Assembly: GCA_030264375.1 (NCBI GenBank)
Contig: JASCQW010000081.1
Coordinates: 32,582,205-32,646,204, forward strand
Reading direction: 5' to 3'
DNA from: Carcharhinus longimanus
Taxonomy: Eukaryota
Length of the DNA: 64,000 nucleotides
Part shown: positions 35,254 through 48,124 of the stretch, in pieces
Layout of the letters: the number at the start of each line of letters is the position of its first letter
Position numbering within the stretch: the stretch's first letter is position 1
Notes under the pieces: model-generated
Told to the model about the DNA's origin: nothing
What the model saw: only the letters and a program-made list of their open reading frames with translations
Databases searched by the model: none
Translations under genes and position numbers: made by a program

Positions 35254-38149
35254 GATCTCCAAATACCCTCCTTTGCCCATTAGAAGTAACCTTTCCTTGT
35301 GATGCCACAGCTGGTATTTGGAAACTGACAGATGATGCCAGGGAGATATTTTACTTTGGCTGATTCACATGAACTAACAGGGAGAATGGATTCTCTCACA
35401 ATACCACAAAACAGACAATAGAGAATTGACAGCTCACTTTACCACCCTGTCAACTTCAACCAACACCCCCCAAGCCCCGCAATGCCCCCAACCTCCTCAC
35501 CTTAACATTTTATTTTCCATGAACTTCACTAGTTGCCAATATACCAGTCTTGTTCGACTGCCCAAGACTAAGTTCACTCGCTAGGAACTCATCTAATCTG
35601 GGATGAGACTAATCCCATTACTCTGAATTTAAATCTCTGTTTACATAAAACAATGATTAGAGATTATTTTTTTCAACATATTCTTCCCCAGTAGGGGATA
35701 TATAAAGAATAGCAATAAAGAACATGGTTCTGCATTTTGCTTGTGTGAACCAAGCTATTTGTTTGTTAAGTGAAATTATTGGCCTATACAATGCCTTAAA
35801 TTGCTAATTGTGCATATGATAAAATTGACCTGAAAATGGCAAGTCATGTTGAAAATGAATGCTGTTGCTTTAAAAATCAAAACCAAACCACATTGCAATT
35901 ATGATACAAAGGATGAGTTGCAAGTTGATATCCGACTAAATGTAACTATTCATGCTGACATGATCTTTTAATACTAATATATTTATTTAAGGGACCATTT
36001 ACTCTTTTACATATCTGAATCATTCATTTAGATAAATACTGAAACCTTGCTATAATGTGCTGTACAAAAGATTCTCTTTCAGAAAATTTACTAGTTATGT
36101 TGGACAGAGGTGAAAAGGGTCATTCAGTGACCGACTTGCTTATGTGACAATGGTTCCAGTTGATCAATCCCATCACCCTCCCCAGGGACACAGCTAAAGT
36201 TACATTGTACAACCAGTTACTTGTATGCCATCACTTTAGAAACAAAACTAGCTTTGCTTTTGTCCTGAACTGTTTGACTCATAAATGTGATCCCCGACTC
36301 AAAAGGAGAATAAAAGGTCTGTTTTGTATCTGCTTTATGTCTTTTCATGCCTTCTAACAGTGATGTACGCCTCAATCTCTTTCCTAATACGGTCAAAACA
36401 GCCTAGCATTATATAATATACATTTATTCATATACACACGTAGGTATATGTTATATATATGACTATTATGGAAAAATTGTTGGGATTCTAGTTTACTGAT
36501 CCTCAGGATGAAAGTATATCAATCGCAGAAAGTGTTATAAACCAAATTCGCAGTTGTTGTGATGAAAAATCATTGACCAGAAACTATGGGCAGGATTTGG
36601 TATCAGGGTAGGTAGTTTGAGTAAGGAAATTTCCTGCCTAGTCGGATGCATCTCCATAAAAAACACTCCCCTAAACACAGTTATTTTTGTTCTGGGGGTA
36701 TGGGTTGGAGTCAAGAGTTGGAAATTGGAGTATGGCTGACCCTGGAAGTAGAATATCAGCAGCCACAGAGGTCAGTGAGTGCCAGGGTGGGCTTGTGAGA
36801 AGGCCTGCTTTGATTCTCGGGTTTTGTCCCATTTGTGTTAGAAGATTTTAGACCCTCTAGCCTCACCCTCCTGTCCCACGCACACCCTTTATACTTCCCA
36901 TGCCAACAGTTGCCAACTTTTGCCTGAAATGATGGCCCCTCATACTCTCCATTCCAACTCAATGTACCAAGCCATTCCCTGTGACCCCCACCATACTGTC
37001 CACACCAACTCACGCCTCTTCCATGCCAATTCACCCAGCACCATGTGCATAACTAATGAGCCATAAAATAACAATGGCAAGTGTGGAATTGCTGAGAGAA
37101 ATTAAAACACCTAATGAGGCTTGGCTGTGATCCCAAGCCAATAAGGGGAGAACCCAGCACAGGGCTCTGTTTTGACAACTTAACAAGGATGACATTTCCT
37201 TGGTGCTCCCCATGCAGACAGGATAGGTTCACATCTTGTCATAACTGGAAGCTAACTTTCCAGGTGACTATCTTTCTCAATTTTAAAATGACTCAGACTA
37301 ACAATATCTGATAGACATTCTGGCCTCATGGAGATGGAAATGCAAAGAAAAATATTTGGAGTTCATTACTGGATTGTTGATGGGGATGATAAACATTCCC
37401 CATTGTGTAACAATTGCTTAGCCCAGCTCAGTATTTGTGTGAACAATGGAAACATTGATCCTGTGGTTACATGACAGAAACTGGCTCATGATAGGAAATA
37501 TCTTATAAATTCACAAGAAAAGCCCACAGCAGATAATCTTCATGTCAAAGTCAACTAAGAGAAGCAATCTTGCTCAGCAAAAGGAAGAACATTGCCTAGA
37601 AACTCACTAATGGGGCTAATTCATTAACCTACAGAATTATATTCTCACTCCACATTCCTTTAAAACAAATCTGTGATCCGTTGAGAGGTGAAATAAAGGG
37701 AAAATCCACCAACCACCTCTCCCCTGCGCAGAACAAGACTATGGTTCATAATTCTTCTGGGGGATGTGAACCACAAGTCATGGAAAAAGCTTTCCCACCA
37801 CTGTTGCGTCAGCTGAGATGGTAAGAGTGTGGGGTTGTTATCCACACCTTTATTCCATGCTAGCGAAAACTGAGGGTGCCGAGAATGAAGTCGGGAATCC
37901 AGGAATTAGATCCTGCCTGCCATTTTCAAATGGCTCCAGAGTCATTTCAGCCGTGTGAAAATCTGGGTCATTAACTCCATTTCTTTCCCTATAGTGGCTC
38001 CAGACCTAGATTCCAGATTCTTAACCAGAGGTGACAATGCTGGAAATAGAAATTAAAGATGGACTAATGATAGGAAGTAATGATGGACTAATGATATCAC
38101 CAATAATATCCGTAAGGATAACTACAATCCTTTCTGGCATTGACAGTTA

Positions 38150-38402
38150 GGAACATAGGAACAGGAATTGGCCATTCAGTCCATCAAGTCCACTCCACCA
38201 TTTAATACAATCATGGCCAATGCCTTTTATACCCACTATCTCCATAATCCTTTATTGTTAGTAAGAAATCTAGCGATCTCTATCTTAAACATACTCAAAG
38301 ACTTAGCTTCCACAGCCCTCTGGGGTGGAGAATTCCAAACATTCACAACCCTCTGTGTAAAGAAATTTCTTCTCATCTCGGTTCTAAGCGGCACCCCCCT
38401 TA
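38150..38402 (-). mobile_element. CR1 LINE 3' end
   Basis: ggaacataggaacagg..ggccattcagtccatc tail and tccacagccctctggggtggagaattcca; similar to 58563-58915. Confidence 0.82.
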
Positions 38403-38854
38403 TTGTGTTAGTTTATGTTTTTAAGGTCCCCTTAGGTCAATCAATACCTATATGTTTGAAGCATATGATTCTGGGCTGCCCCTTTATTTGCTTTCTCTAT
38501 GTTGCCAAGAATTAAAATCCTTGTTCGTGTTTTTTTTTTCTGATTCATCATTTTACTGGTGCTCTGGGGATCACACTCGCTGATTCCAAATATTTTTCCT
38601 TGACAACTGCAAACCTGTAGCCCTCCCATAATACAAAATGTTTACCTTGATGAATTATTATGGTATTATTTTGGCACAAGAACCATCGCACTGTCAACAA
38701 AATATATGCAGCAATATTTTTCAAAGCAACCACTCGTAAAGTGGGTAATGTAGATTCAGGCCCCTGCCTGTGATCTTTATTAAACTCCCACGCTTCATCC
38801 ATACTTACACAGAACTTTGTTTTACTTCCTCAAAGATCGATGCTCAGGCAAGCC

Positions 38855-39558
38855 TCCACAGTCCAAAATTGTGCAGGATGGATTGGCCATATTAAATTGC
38901 CCCTTGGTGTCCTAAGATGTGTAGGTTAGGGGGATTAGTGGGGTTACAGGAAAGGACCTATATGGGATCCTTTAATGGAGAGTTGGTGCAGACAAAATGG
39001 GCCAAATGGCCTCCTTCTGCACTGTAGGTATTCTATGATTCAGAGTCTTCCCAGCCTGCCTTGGTGTGGGTGCAGTCACAGGCCACCACTCCACGACCTC
39101 CACTGTGGTGGCCCAATGGCTATATGTTTCGCAATTTAAGATTTAGAAAAAGAGTTGGCAAGAGGCTTCCTCCATGTTGAAGCATCCTCTCAGTTACTTA
39201 CCAGCTGTTACAATACCTGTCCACCCAGGCTGAAAGGCCTCTGAATCACAGAATACCTACAGTGCAGAAGGAGGCCATTTGGTCCATTGTGTCTGCACCA
39301 ACTCTCCATTAAAGGATCCCACATAGGCCCTTTCCCGTAACCCCACATATCTACCCCCCTAATTCCCCCTAACCTACACATCTTGGGACACTAAGGGGCA
39401 ATTTAGAATGGCCAATCCATCTAACCCGCACAGTTTTGGACTGTGGAGGAAACTCATGCAGACATGCAGAAAACATGCAAACTCCACACAGAAAGTCACA
39501 CAAGGTGGAATTGAACCCGGGTCCCTGGCTTGTGAGGCAGCTGTGCTAACCACTATGC
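38855..39558. mobile_element. Tail-to-tail pair of V-SINEs (38855-39041 plus; 39243-39558 minus), both tail A
   Basis: Complementary tails ggcctccttctgcactgtagg and cctacagtgcagaaggaggcc. Confidence 0.85.
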
Positions 39559-40009
39559 TAATGTGTTGATTCATCCTCTAGCTTCAAGAGTCCATCCGCA
39601 ACCCTAACTTGGACAGCTAACAGGTCGCCACGCCAATTAACAGGCTTCCTCCAGTGAGTGACTGTTTCCCCAAGGGTGTGTGCAGGACCCATAAACAGGC
39701 CCGACTTCTGTTTCCCACCAGCCCTTGGTATCAATTCCAGATATCCCAGGAACACTGGAAGTATTTTCTGCCTCTTGGAAAAGTGAAATGAGATCATCAA
39801 AGTAGTTTTATCATAGGTACAATCACAAAGCACAAGAATTATCCCAAAATCAGTTCCAGTTAGAAAAAAGAGTTGGAAACCTCATTCAGAAAGATGGTAG
39901 GAATAGTTAGTGCAAAAATCAGAAATATTGCACAGACAATAAAGGATGTTTTTGTGTGGGATGGGTCAAAGCAAATATCTGAAATGCTTCATGCAGTCAC
40001 GTGGTAGAC

Positions 40010-40650
40010 GGGAGGCAATACCCTAATGGTATTATCACTAGACTATTAATTCAAAAACTCCAGAATCTACAGTGCAAAGGAGGCCATTCGGTCAATTGAA
40101 TCTGCAGTGACAACAATCCTGTCCAGGCCCTATCTCCATAACCCCACATATTTACCCACCTAATCCCCCTGACAATAAGGGGCAATTTAGCATGGCCAAT
40201 CAACCTTACCCACACATCTTTGAACTGTGGGAGGAAACTGCAGCACCTGGAAGAAACCCGCGCAGACACAGGGAGAACGTACAAACTCCACATACTGATC
40301 CGAGGCTAGAATTGAACCCAGGTCCTTGAAGCTGTGAAACAGCAGTGCTAACCACTGTGCCGTCCGGTAACTCAGCTAATGTTCTGGGGACGCGGGTTCG
40401 GATCCTGCCACAGCAGATGTTGACATTTTAATTTTAAAAATCTGGAATTAAGAATCTGCTGTTGACCATGAATCGATTGTCAAAAAACTCATCTGATTCA
40501 CTAATGTCCCTCAGAGAAAGTAATCTAGTCACCTACATTGTGACTAGAGCCACAGCAATGTGATTGGCTCTCAACTGCCCTCTAAGGGCAACTAGGGATG
40601 GGCAATAAATGCTGGCCACCCAGCAATGCCCACGAATTAATAAAAAAAGT
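40010..40650 (+). mobile_element. Second tRNA-derived SINE family copy with a nested antisense V-SINE (40063-40362)
   Basis: Head gggaggcaat..ggtattatcactagactattaat matches 3495; the tail gggcaactagggatgggcaataaatgctggcc matches the LINE tail at 9240-9265. Confidence 0.8.
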
Positions 40651-42046
40651 AGTTGAGCCCAAAGTGTAAGTGAGGTCCATTCCTCAGCATTGATATTGGT
40701 CACCTTGTAAAACATAAAATATCATCCAAAAGCATACAATAATCAAACAGAAATGTAGGGCCACTGTAATTTTCATCCATAGAAGTGTGGTTTGCAGTTA
40801 TCCCAGAATGAATGACTTACTTGCATATCATAGGCAGATTCCAGTGCTGAGACCATGTTAAAATGAGTCACATTTTGTCACAATCCAAATAACACATGCA
40901 TCAAGTTCATCCCCGCTACTAAATTACAAAGTTGCTCTATCAAGATTTGCTTAAATAGCTATAGCGATGATAGATTCTTAAACCACTGAGATAACAGAAA
41001 GGAACATCAACAAACCAAACCACTGGCAATCACTAACTGGAACTAAGGGGTGTGAACTGATCGTATGATAACTGTAACCATAGTAGTCCCAATTATTTTA
41101 TACATGCAGGAGGTAACTCAAGTTCAACTTGTGCTCTTGTGTTCCATCACCAGGCACTGAATTTATTTTAAAACAGCATGAGTTAATATAAACATTGAAT
41201 AACTTGGTACAAATATACACTTAGGGCAGATTTTTTTATATTATCTGCTAGTTGCAACTGGTTAATCTGCCATTTATGCTTAATCTCATTGCTAAAATAT
41301 ACTGTTCATTTCACATTCATTGCCAAGGCGGCCAATCTCCTGCCTGGAAGAACTTTCTGTTTTTCAATTGTCATAAATATGGCATTTCTATGTGTTAAAA
41401 ACAAGATTTTGAAGGCCAGTTTTAGCTTTCTGATCTGATACTGTCTTATAATAAAAATTTTTGTGCTACCATGTAACAGTAAATGCCCCTGAACTCAGCA
41501 CAGAATGTATATTAAGAATTCAGAGGACAGAGTCCTTACATTAATGAATACATAATAGCTTAAGAATCCTGTAATGAATATGGCACGTCGCTTTCTCATC
41601 TCAGGAGCAGACTGCTAAATGGGTCATATCTGTAATGTGTTAAAAATATTACATCTACTCACACTTCCCATCGACTTTTTCTATTATGAATTTCTATGTC
41701 TGCATTTATAATGAAAAACCGCCTACGTAAACTTGCCATGCTGCAATCACACCCTCTTGTCCGATGCAGTTTCTGTGGTGGTTGGAGGCTGTAATTATAG
41801 TGTCAAGTTTAGATAAGCATTTGCTATTACAAATGTGAATGAGAGGGGTGAAGACAGGAGAACAGCAGAAGCTAGAGAGAAAAGCAAAAGGATTTAGTGA
41901 GGAAAAAATAGGAAGGATTGGATGTGGCAGAACAGCAAAATGGAGATAGTAGAGACAGGTAAGAGAGGAACAATATTGTTGACCCATGTGTGAGATGTGG
42001 GAAGCCAACTAAGTCATATCTTAAGTCTTATGCTAGGTACAAGAGT

Positions 42047-42345
42047 GGGATGTTGGCACAGTGGTGAGCACTCTTGCCTCACAGTACCAGGGACCTATGT
42101 TCAATTCCCAGTGTGGGTCACTGTCTGTGTGGAGTTTGTACATTCTCCACGTGTCCGCGTGGGTTTCCTCCAGGTAATCCGGTTTCCAATCCGAAAGATG
42201 GGCTGGTCAGATGCATTGGCCATGCTAAATTCTCCCTCAGTGTATCTGAACAGGCATTGGAGTGTGGCGACTTGGGGATTTTCACAGTAACTTCATTACA
42301 ATGTTAATGTAAGCCTACTTGAGACTAATAAATAAACTTTAACTT
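42047..42345 (+). mobile_element. V-SINE (tail B)
   Basis: Head, V-domain and ttttcacagtaacttcattacaatgttaatgtaagcctacttg..aataaacttt. Confidence 0.88.
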
Positions 42346-42439
42346 ACTTGTTTCCTTCCTATGTCTTGACTTTGTCAGCCTGTGACCCTTTCTCACATTG
42401 GGCTAACATTTTGGGTGACAATTGCTGAAAATTTTAAAA

Positions 42440-43310
42440 ACTCCTTGAATTATATAGAACTCTTAATGTCATTAAATGTCCCAAAGCACTTCATAGGAGT
42501 GTCACCAACCAAAACATTGAGGCACAAAACGTCACTAGTTCAGATGGCCATAATCATAGAAAGGAGCATCTTAAAAAAGGAAAGAAAGAGGCATGGTGAA
42601 GTGTATAAAGGGAATTATAGAGCTTATTACTTCAGTAGCTGAAGACACGGCTACAAATGCTGGAGCAATTCCAATTTAGGATGCTTAAGAGACCGGTATT
42701 GGAAGAGTGCAGGTACGTGAGTTGTAGGGCTGGTGAAGAACATGGAGGGATTGGAAATAAGAATGAGAACTTTAAAACCAAGTTGTTATTTAACAAAGCC
42801 AATGTGGGTCAGTGAGCACAAGTGTGATGGGTGAATGGCAATTGGCATAAGTTGGTCATGGACAGCAGAGGTTTGGATGACCATAAGCTTATGGAGAGTG
42901 AGAAATGAGAGACTGGACAAGACTGATTTGTCATAGTCAGCTCTAGATGGAAGAAAGGCACATGTCACTTCAGCAGCAGATGATTCGAGGCAGGGACAGT
43001 GTCAGGCGATGTTATAGAGGTGGGAGTGTATAATAGATTTATGGTTGAAAACTCATCTTGGGATCAAATATAAGGTTGGGAACTGTCTAGTTCAGCCTCA
43101 GTTGCTGGGGAAATGGATAGAGTTAGGGAATGTAGTCTGTTGCAATGATGAAAGACAGTGGCTTCTGCCTTACAATATTTAGTTGGAAGAAATTTCTGTT
43201 CAGCCGGTATTAGATGTCAGACCAGCAGTGTGATAACTCGGAGACAATGGAAGGTCTAAAGAAGTGACGGTTTGATGGCGGTGGTGTTCATGTGGAAACA
43301 GAACATTACT
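42440..43310 (-). mobile_element. L2 LINE 3' fragment
   Basis: L2-type tail aaatgtcccaaagcacttcatagg, followed by ggacagcagaggtttggatgac..tatggag and gttggaagaaatttctg segments. Confidence 0.7.
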
Positions 43311-46300
43311 TTGCAGACATTCCAATACATGATGGTGCTCTTTTCCTTCTTCCTTTGCCTTAACTGACCTGGGCCTGTGCACTTCAGCATGTCCTATTGC
43401 TGGTTCTTTAACTTCCTGGTTCTCTTCTATATTTTCCCCAGCCTGACTCCTTTGTCCCACAACATGGCAGACATGCCTCTCCTTCTCCCTCTATTATCCA
43501 TCACGCTGGCCTCTCCACTGCATTCAGTTTCGACACTGAATGGAATGAGCATTTTTTTTTACTTCGTAAAATACTAATGGCTGACTGAAATCTGGGATTT
43601 GGCATTCGTTCCTTTCAGAATGATGTGAGAAAGCAGGATACATAGGAGAGAGAGAGTCAGCAAAGGGACAGGGATGAGTGGAGGGCAGGAGTAACGAAAG
43701 TGAGAGCAGGATAGGAACAGAAGAAGAGGGAGGGTAGCAAAAGGGAAAAGAAACTGAAATGGTACAAAGAAGCCACAGAAAGACTTGGCAAGGAATGAAG
43801 GATGGTCATGCCAAAAAAGAATAGTAGGTTAAATTTGACTGACACAGATAAAACATAGAAGAAAAGGCAGAAATCAAAGAACACAACATAAAATACAGAA
43901 ATGGGGTCAAACACACTAACATTATCAAAAAAAAACACAATCAATAACCAATATACAGAGAAAAAGGAGACCAAAAGCACACACATCCAAAACAAAGGTA
44001 GCAGAGGCAGGCATGAACCCCAATTTGACTTCCACGTGCAATACATTAGGAATGTTTTGCTTTATGTGTTTTCCAAAATGTGTCGCACATAATTGATATA
44101 ACAATTTTCTCATCTCCTCATAGTACTAAAAATGCATAGCCTCTGGCACATCATGAGCAACTCCATAGACAATCTGCTATATTGCAAATATGAGATTAAC
44201 AGTGGCAATTTTAACCAAAGAGTTAACATAATCTGACCACTCCAAATAGCTAGTGCACAAGATCAGGCTGCAGTTGGCCAAGTCATTAACAGCAGCAGAG
44301 TTGCCAGTAACCCCCTTTGCTCAAGCACAGATGGTCTATTATATGTTTTCAGACATCCCTGATAAAGCCAGACTGATCATCACCCACATGATGATAACAT
44401 GGATACAGAAAAACTCACTTAATCATTAAAACCTGATGCTGTTGCACGCAACAGAATAAAGCATTTGGTTCAGAAATCAAACTTCTATTTTGATGCTGAA
44501 GAAAATCCTTGCTTTTTGTAGACTAACCAATAAAATAGTTAACAAGGCCATTCCAAATGTCTTTAGTTTCCAATACTGTGACGTGAATTGGACCAAGGAA
44601 TGTTATTCAACATTCTTGAGAAATAATAATGNNNNNNNNNNNNNNNNNNNNNNNNNNNNNNNNNNNNAGAGCTTTCCAATCCTGGCTATAACATCAAGGA
44701 CAGATGCTGAATGCAGAAAAGAGGAAATCAGTATGCTGCCTCTCAACTGCCATCTCGTGATAACTCCCATACACGTTGGGGCAACGGTAACACAGCTCAG
44801 CTGCATTGCCCACTGTGACTAGTGGGATCAGTACGCATCGTTGAGACTCACGTACGAAGAGTGTGAGAACTATTGCTTGAAGGACACCCTGACAAGAATA
44901 CTGTCCTTTGGGAAGGAGACAGAAAAGTGGAGAAATCTCACCTTATATGTCCAACAATTAAATACTGGATAACAATCACTACAATAAATGTATCTTTGCA
45001 TTAGACATTTTAGTTTTGAAAAATGTACATTCAGAATGAATGAGCCTATGTGGCAAGGGATATAGGGTGTTAGTTGAGCATGTTAGCATTTATTGCTGAT
45101 ATGGACGGGGATTTGAGGTGCATGTGTATGTTTTATCTGTAATCACTGCAGGAAAAGCATTACAGATTCGTGCTATAAATTTTTCAAATATATTTTTTCA
45201 GAGCACTTGAAGAAAAAGCAACCTCAAATTCAGTATGAATATTTGTATTCCCAAGGTGTAACACTCTGTTAAATGTTATTTCTCCTGTTACATCCTTGAG
45301 CTGCTACATACCTCAACTNNNNNNNNNNACACATGGGGCTTTGCAGTAGCAAAGCATTTGAAGAAAGAAAGTTGTGGGTTAAAGAATTAGAGCATTTCTT
45401 GCAGTCAGATAATCCTATGTTCATGTGACATTGAATTCATAACTCACACCAAGGAAAATACAAAAAATGGAACATTTACAAAGGCGTCTTATTCCCAAAG
45501 TTCTAAAAAAGTAGGCAACTATCCACAAAAAACATGTCTATATAAACAGGTCTATTACGGAGTCCAAAGGAACACAAGTTTAACTGTCCAAAGAATTAAT
45601 CTTCTGAAGGTGTTTGCCTCTGGCGCATGAAGAAAAGAAAAATACAAAGTTGGGTCTTTAAGCCAACGTTCCTTAGGAAATGGGCAAAAGTAACAGAAAT
45701 TTAAGGTATTGTTTTACCCAAAACAGATCTAAAGATTTATTGCAAAATTTAGGAAACTGAGCCAGGGACTGATGGGTGAAATAGATTACTTCCAGCCTCT
45801 TCAAAAACAGAAAGACCATCCAAATCAAACATCTCCTGATACAAAGAGAAGAAATGCTGGATTCTGAAACAAACAAACACAAGNNNNNNNNNNNNNNNNN
45901 NNNNNNNNNNNNNNNNNNNNNNNNNNNNNNNNNNNNNNNNNNNNNNNNNNNNNNNNNNNNNNNNNNNNNNNNNNNNNNNNNNNGATGGATTTTAACGCTG
46001 GGGCAGAAAGGGGGCAAAGTGAGTGTGCAGCCCTGTCGACATCTAGCCAGCTATGGGCCAACATCCCCACCAACACTGCTGGGATGTCAGTAGCAAGTGG
46101 CTACCTAGTCATTAAAATCAGGCAGCAGGAGTCAACACTGGGGACCCAGAGAAAAGGTCCTCAGTACAAAGTAAGGTCACCAGGAGTGGAAACCAGATTG
46201 GGGCAAGATAGTCAATGCCTAGGACAGGGATTCCTTGTGGAGCACTCCTTCACCTTGGCCCTCAAGGAAAGACATAGGACTGGAGTAAATTGCTTTCAGT

Positions 46301-46436
46301 TCCTGGATGGTGAACTAGGGAGAAATGGTCACTTTGGAATTTTGATTGTGGCACCCCATTAATTGGCATGGAGCCAGATTCTCTGTTCATATAAGGGTGG
46401 TGACTGGGCTCTAGAAGCTGGAAAGGCAATCTTGGT

Positions 46437-46645
46437 CATAGAGTCACGGAGGTCTACAGCACGGAAAAGGCCCTTTGGCCTACTGTATCTGCACCATTCA
46501 AAAACACCCAACTAACTGTTCAAATCCTATTTTCCAGCAATTGGCCCATAGCCTTGTCTGCCTTGACATTGCAAATGCACATCTAAAGACTTCTTAGATG
46601 TTATGAGCATCACTGTCTCCACCAGCCTTTCAGGCAGCAGAACTT
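46437..46645 (-). mobile_element. CR1 LINE 3' end
   Basis: catagagtcacggaggtctacagcacggaaaaggccctttggcc tail and tccaccagcctttcaggcag. Confidence 0.75.
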
Positions 46646-46789
46646 TCAGTTTCAGTGGCACACTGAGCTGCAGTAAGTGACAGAGTGCTTCAACATGAAG
46701 GTGCCCTCTCTGCAACTTTGTAAAAATAAACTAATAGAAGATGGAAAAAGCAGCCAGGTTGCTGCTATAATAAACAAAACACCACTGAT

Positions 46790-47200
46790 GTTGGAATCTG
46801 AAACAAGAACAGAGGATGCTGGAAAAACACAGCAGTTCGGGCAGCATCTAAAATCCCGACAGTGCAGAAGAGGCCGTTTGGCCTGTCAGATCTCCACCAA
46901 CGTATTTTACCCAGGCTCTCTTCATTGCCCTATCTACACACTAAAGGGCAATTTTTTAGCATGGCCAATCCACCTAATTTCCACCTCTTTGGAGTGTGGA
47001 AGGAAACTGGAGCACCCGCAAGAAAGCCACGTAGACAGAGAGAGAATGTGCAAACTCCACACAGACAGTGACCCAGCCGGGAATTGAACCCGAGTCCCTG
47101 GCTCTGTGAAGCAGCAGTGCTAACCACTGTGCCACCGTGCCACCTGAGAGAAAACAGATTTACCATTTTCAGTCCTTTGGTTCTTCATCAGAACTCAAGA
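46790..47200 (-). mobile_element. Penelope-like repeat end interrupted by a V-SINE (46852-47144, tail A)
   Basis: aatctgaaacaagaacagaggatgctggaaa..gcagcatct [SINE] gagagaaaacaga..ttcttcatcagaac; a related copy lies at 60466-60575. Confidence 0.6.
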
Positions 47201-47282
47201 GAGGGGGAATGTGTTAGATATTAGAGTGTAGCTGTGAGAGATTGTAACCAAATGTAGCAACTTTTAAGAATGAAAGACAGAT

Positions 47283-47407
47283 GGGCCAGAATTTTACCAT
47301 TCTGTCTACCACAGGAATCGGAGCGAGGGGTGGACGATGGAAAGGTCCATTGACCTCAGTTGGGATTTTACGGTTTCAGGACGAGTGAGGCTGTAATATC
47401 TCACCCA
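47283..47407. mobile_element. About 120-bp MITE
   Basis: gggccagaattttac ... gtaatatctcaccc termini; the interior resembles the reverse complement of 57940-58285 with its SINE removed. Confidence 0.65.
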
Positions 47408-48124
47408 TGGTCTAGTGATGGAGAGGGATGGAGGGTTTGCATTGAGGCAAAACATGTATGGGATATTTATAAAAAAGGGCTTTAAGGTGGAGGAGAAAGG
47501 TCACAATCCAAAGCTGCCGAACTTAACGTTGAGTCCCGAGGGCAATGTAGGGAAATTGGTACACCAGCCTGTGCAAATATTTTTGAGCCTTAACCGTCTC
47601 CCCTCCCGACCTTGCAGGGTTCAAACATCCTGCCCACAATTTTAATTAAAACGTTCACTTTTCAATGCTCTGTTCCTTGCGGGCTTGCTTTGTGGAAGAT
47701 CCTTATTCCTCCTCACAGGTTTCTGGTTAACAAAGCAAATTGGGCTCTGATGATTCCATTAGATTGTGAGCTGCAAANNNNNNNNNNNNNNNNNNNCTAA
47801 TAGTTGTGGTTTCAACATTGTGAGAAAATGCTTGTTTTCCAAAAGCCTTATGCTCATTAATACTAGTGTGACCATTTAATATATTCACTTCAGTGGTGAA
47901 GAAGCATTTTCAAAATCAATATATCTGATTTTGAGCAAAATTGAGGATGAAGAAATAATGGAGAGAAGAGATGAGGGAGAGGAGAGGATTAGTGAGAATT
48001 TAGGAGGACATGAAGTGAGAAAATAGACTGCAGGAGAACTGGGAATATTCCTTGCCTCATTTCAGTGGGTCTGGGCTACAAAACAAATTGGTCTTTGAAA
48101 ATCTACTGGTTCTCACTTTAGTCT

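Noticed and set aside
43657-44046. Hydrophobic 129-aa ORF resembling a membrane protein
   Set aside because: It is the reverse strand of an A/G-rich low-complexity tract; 54916-55236 is the same kind of artefact.
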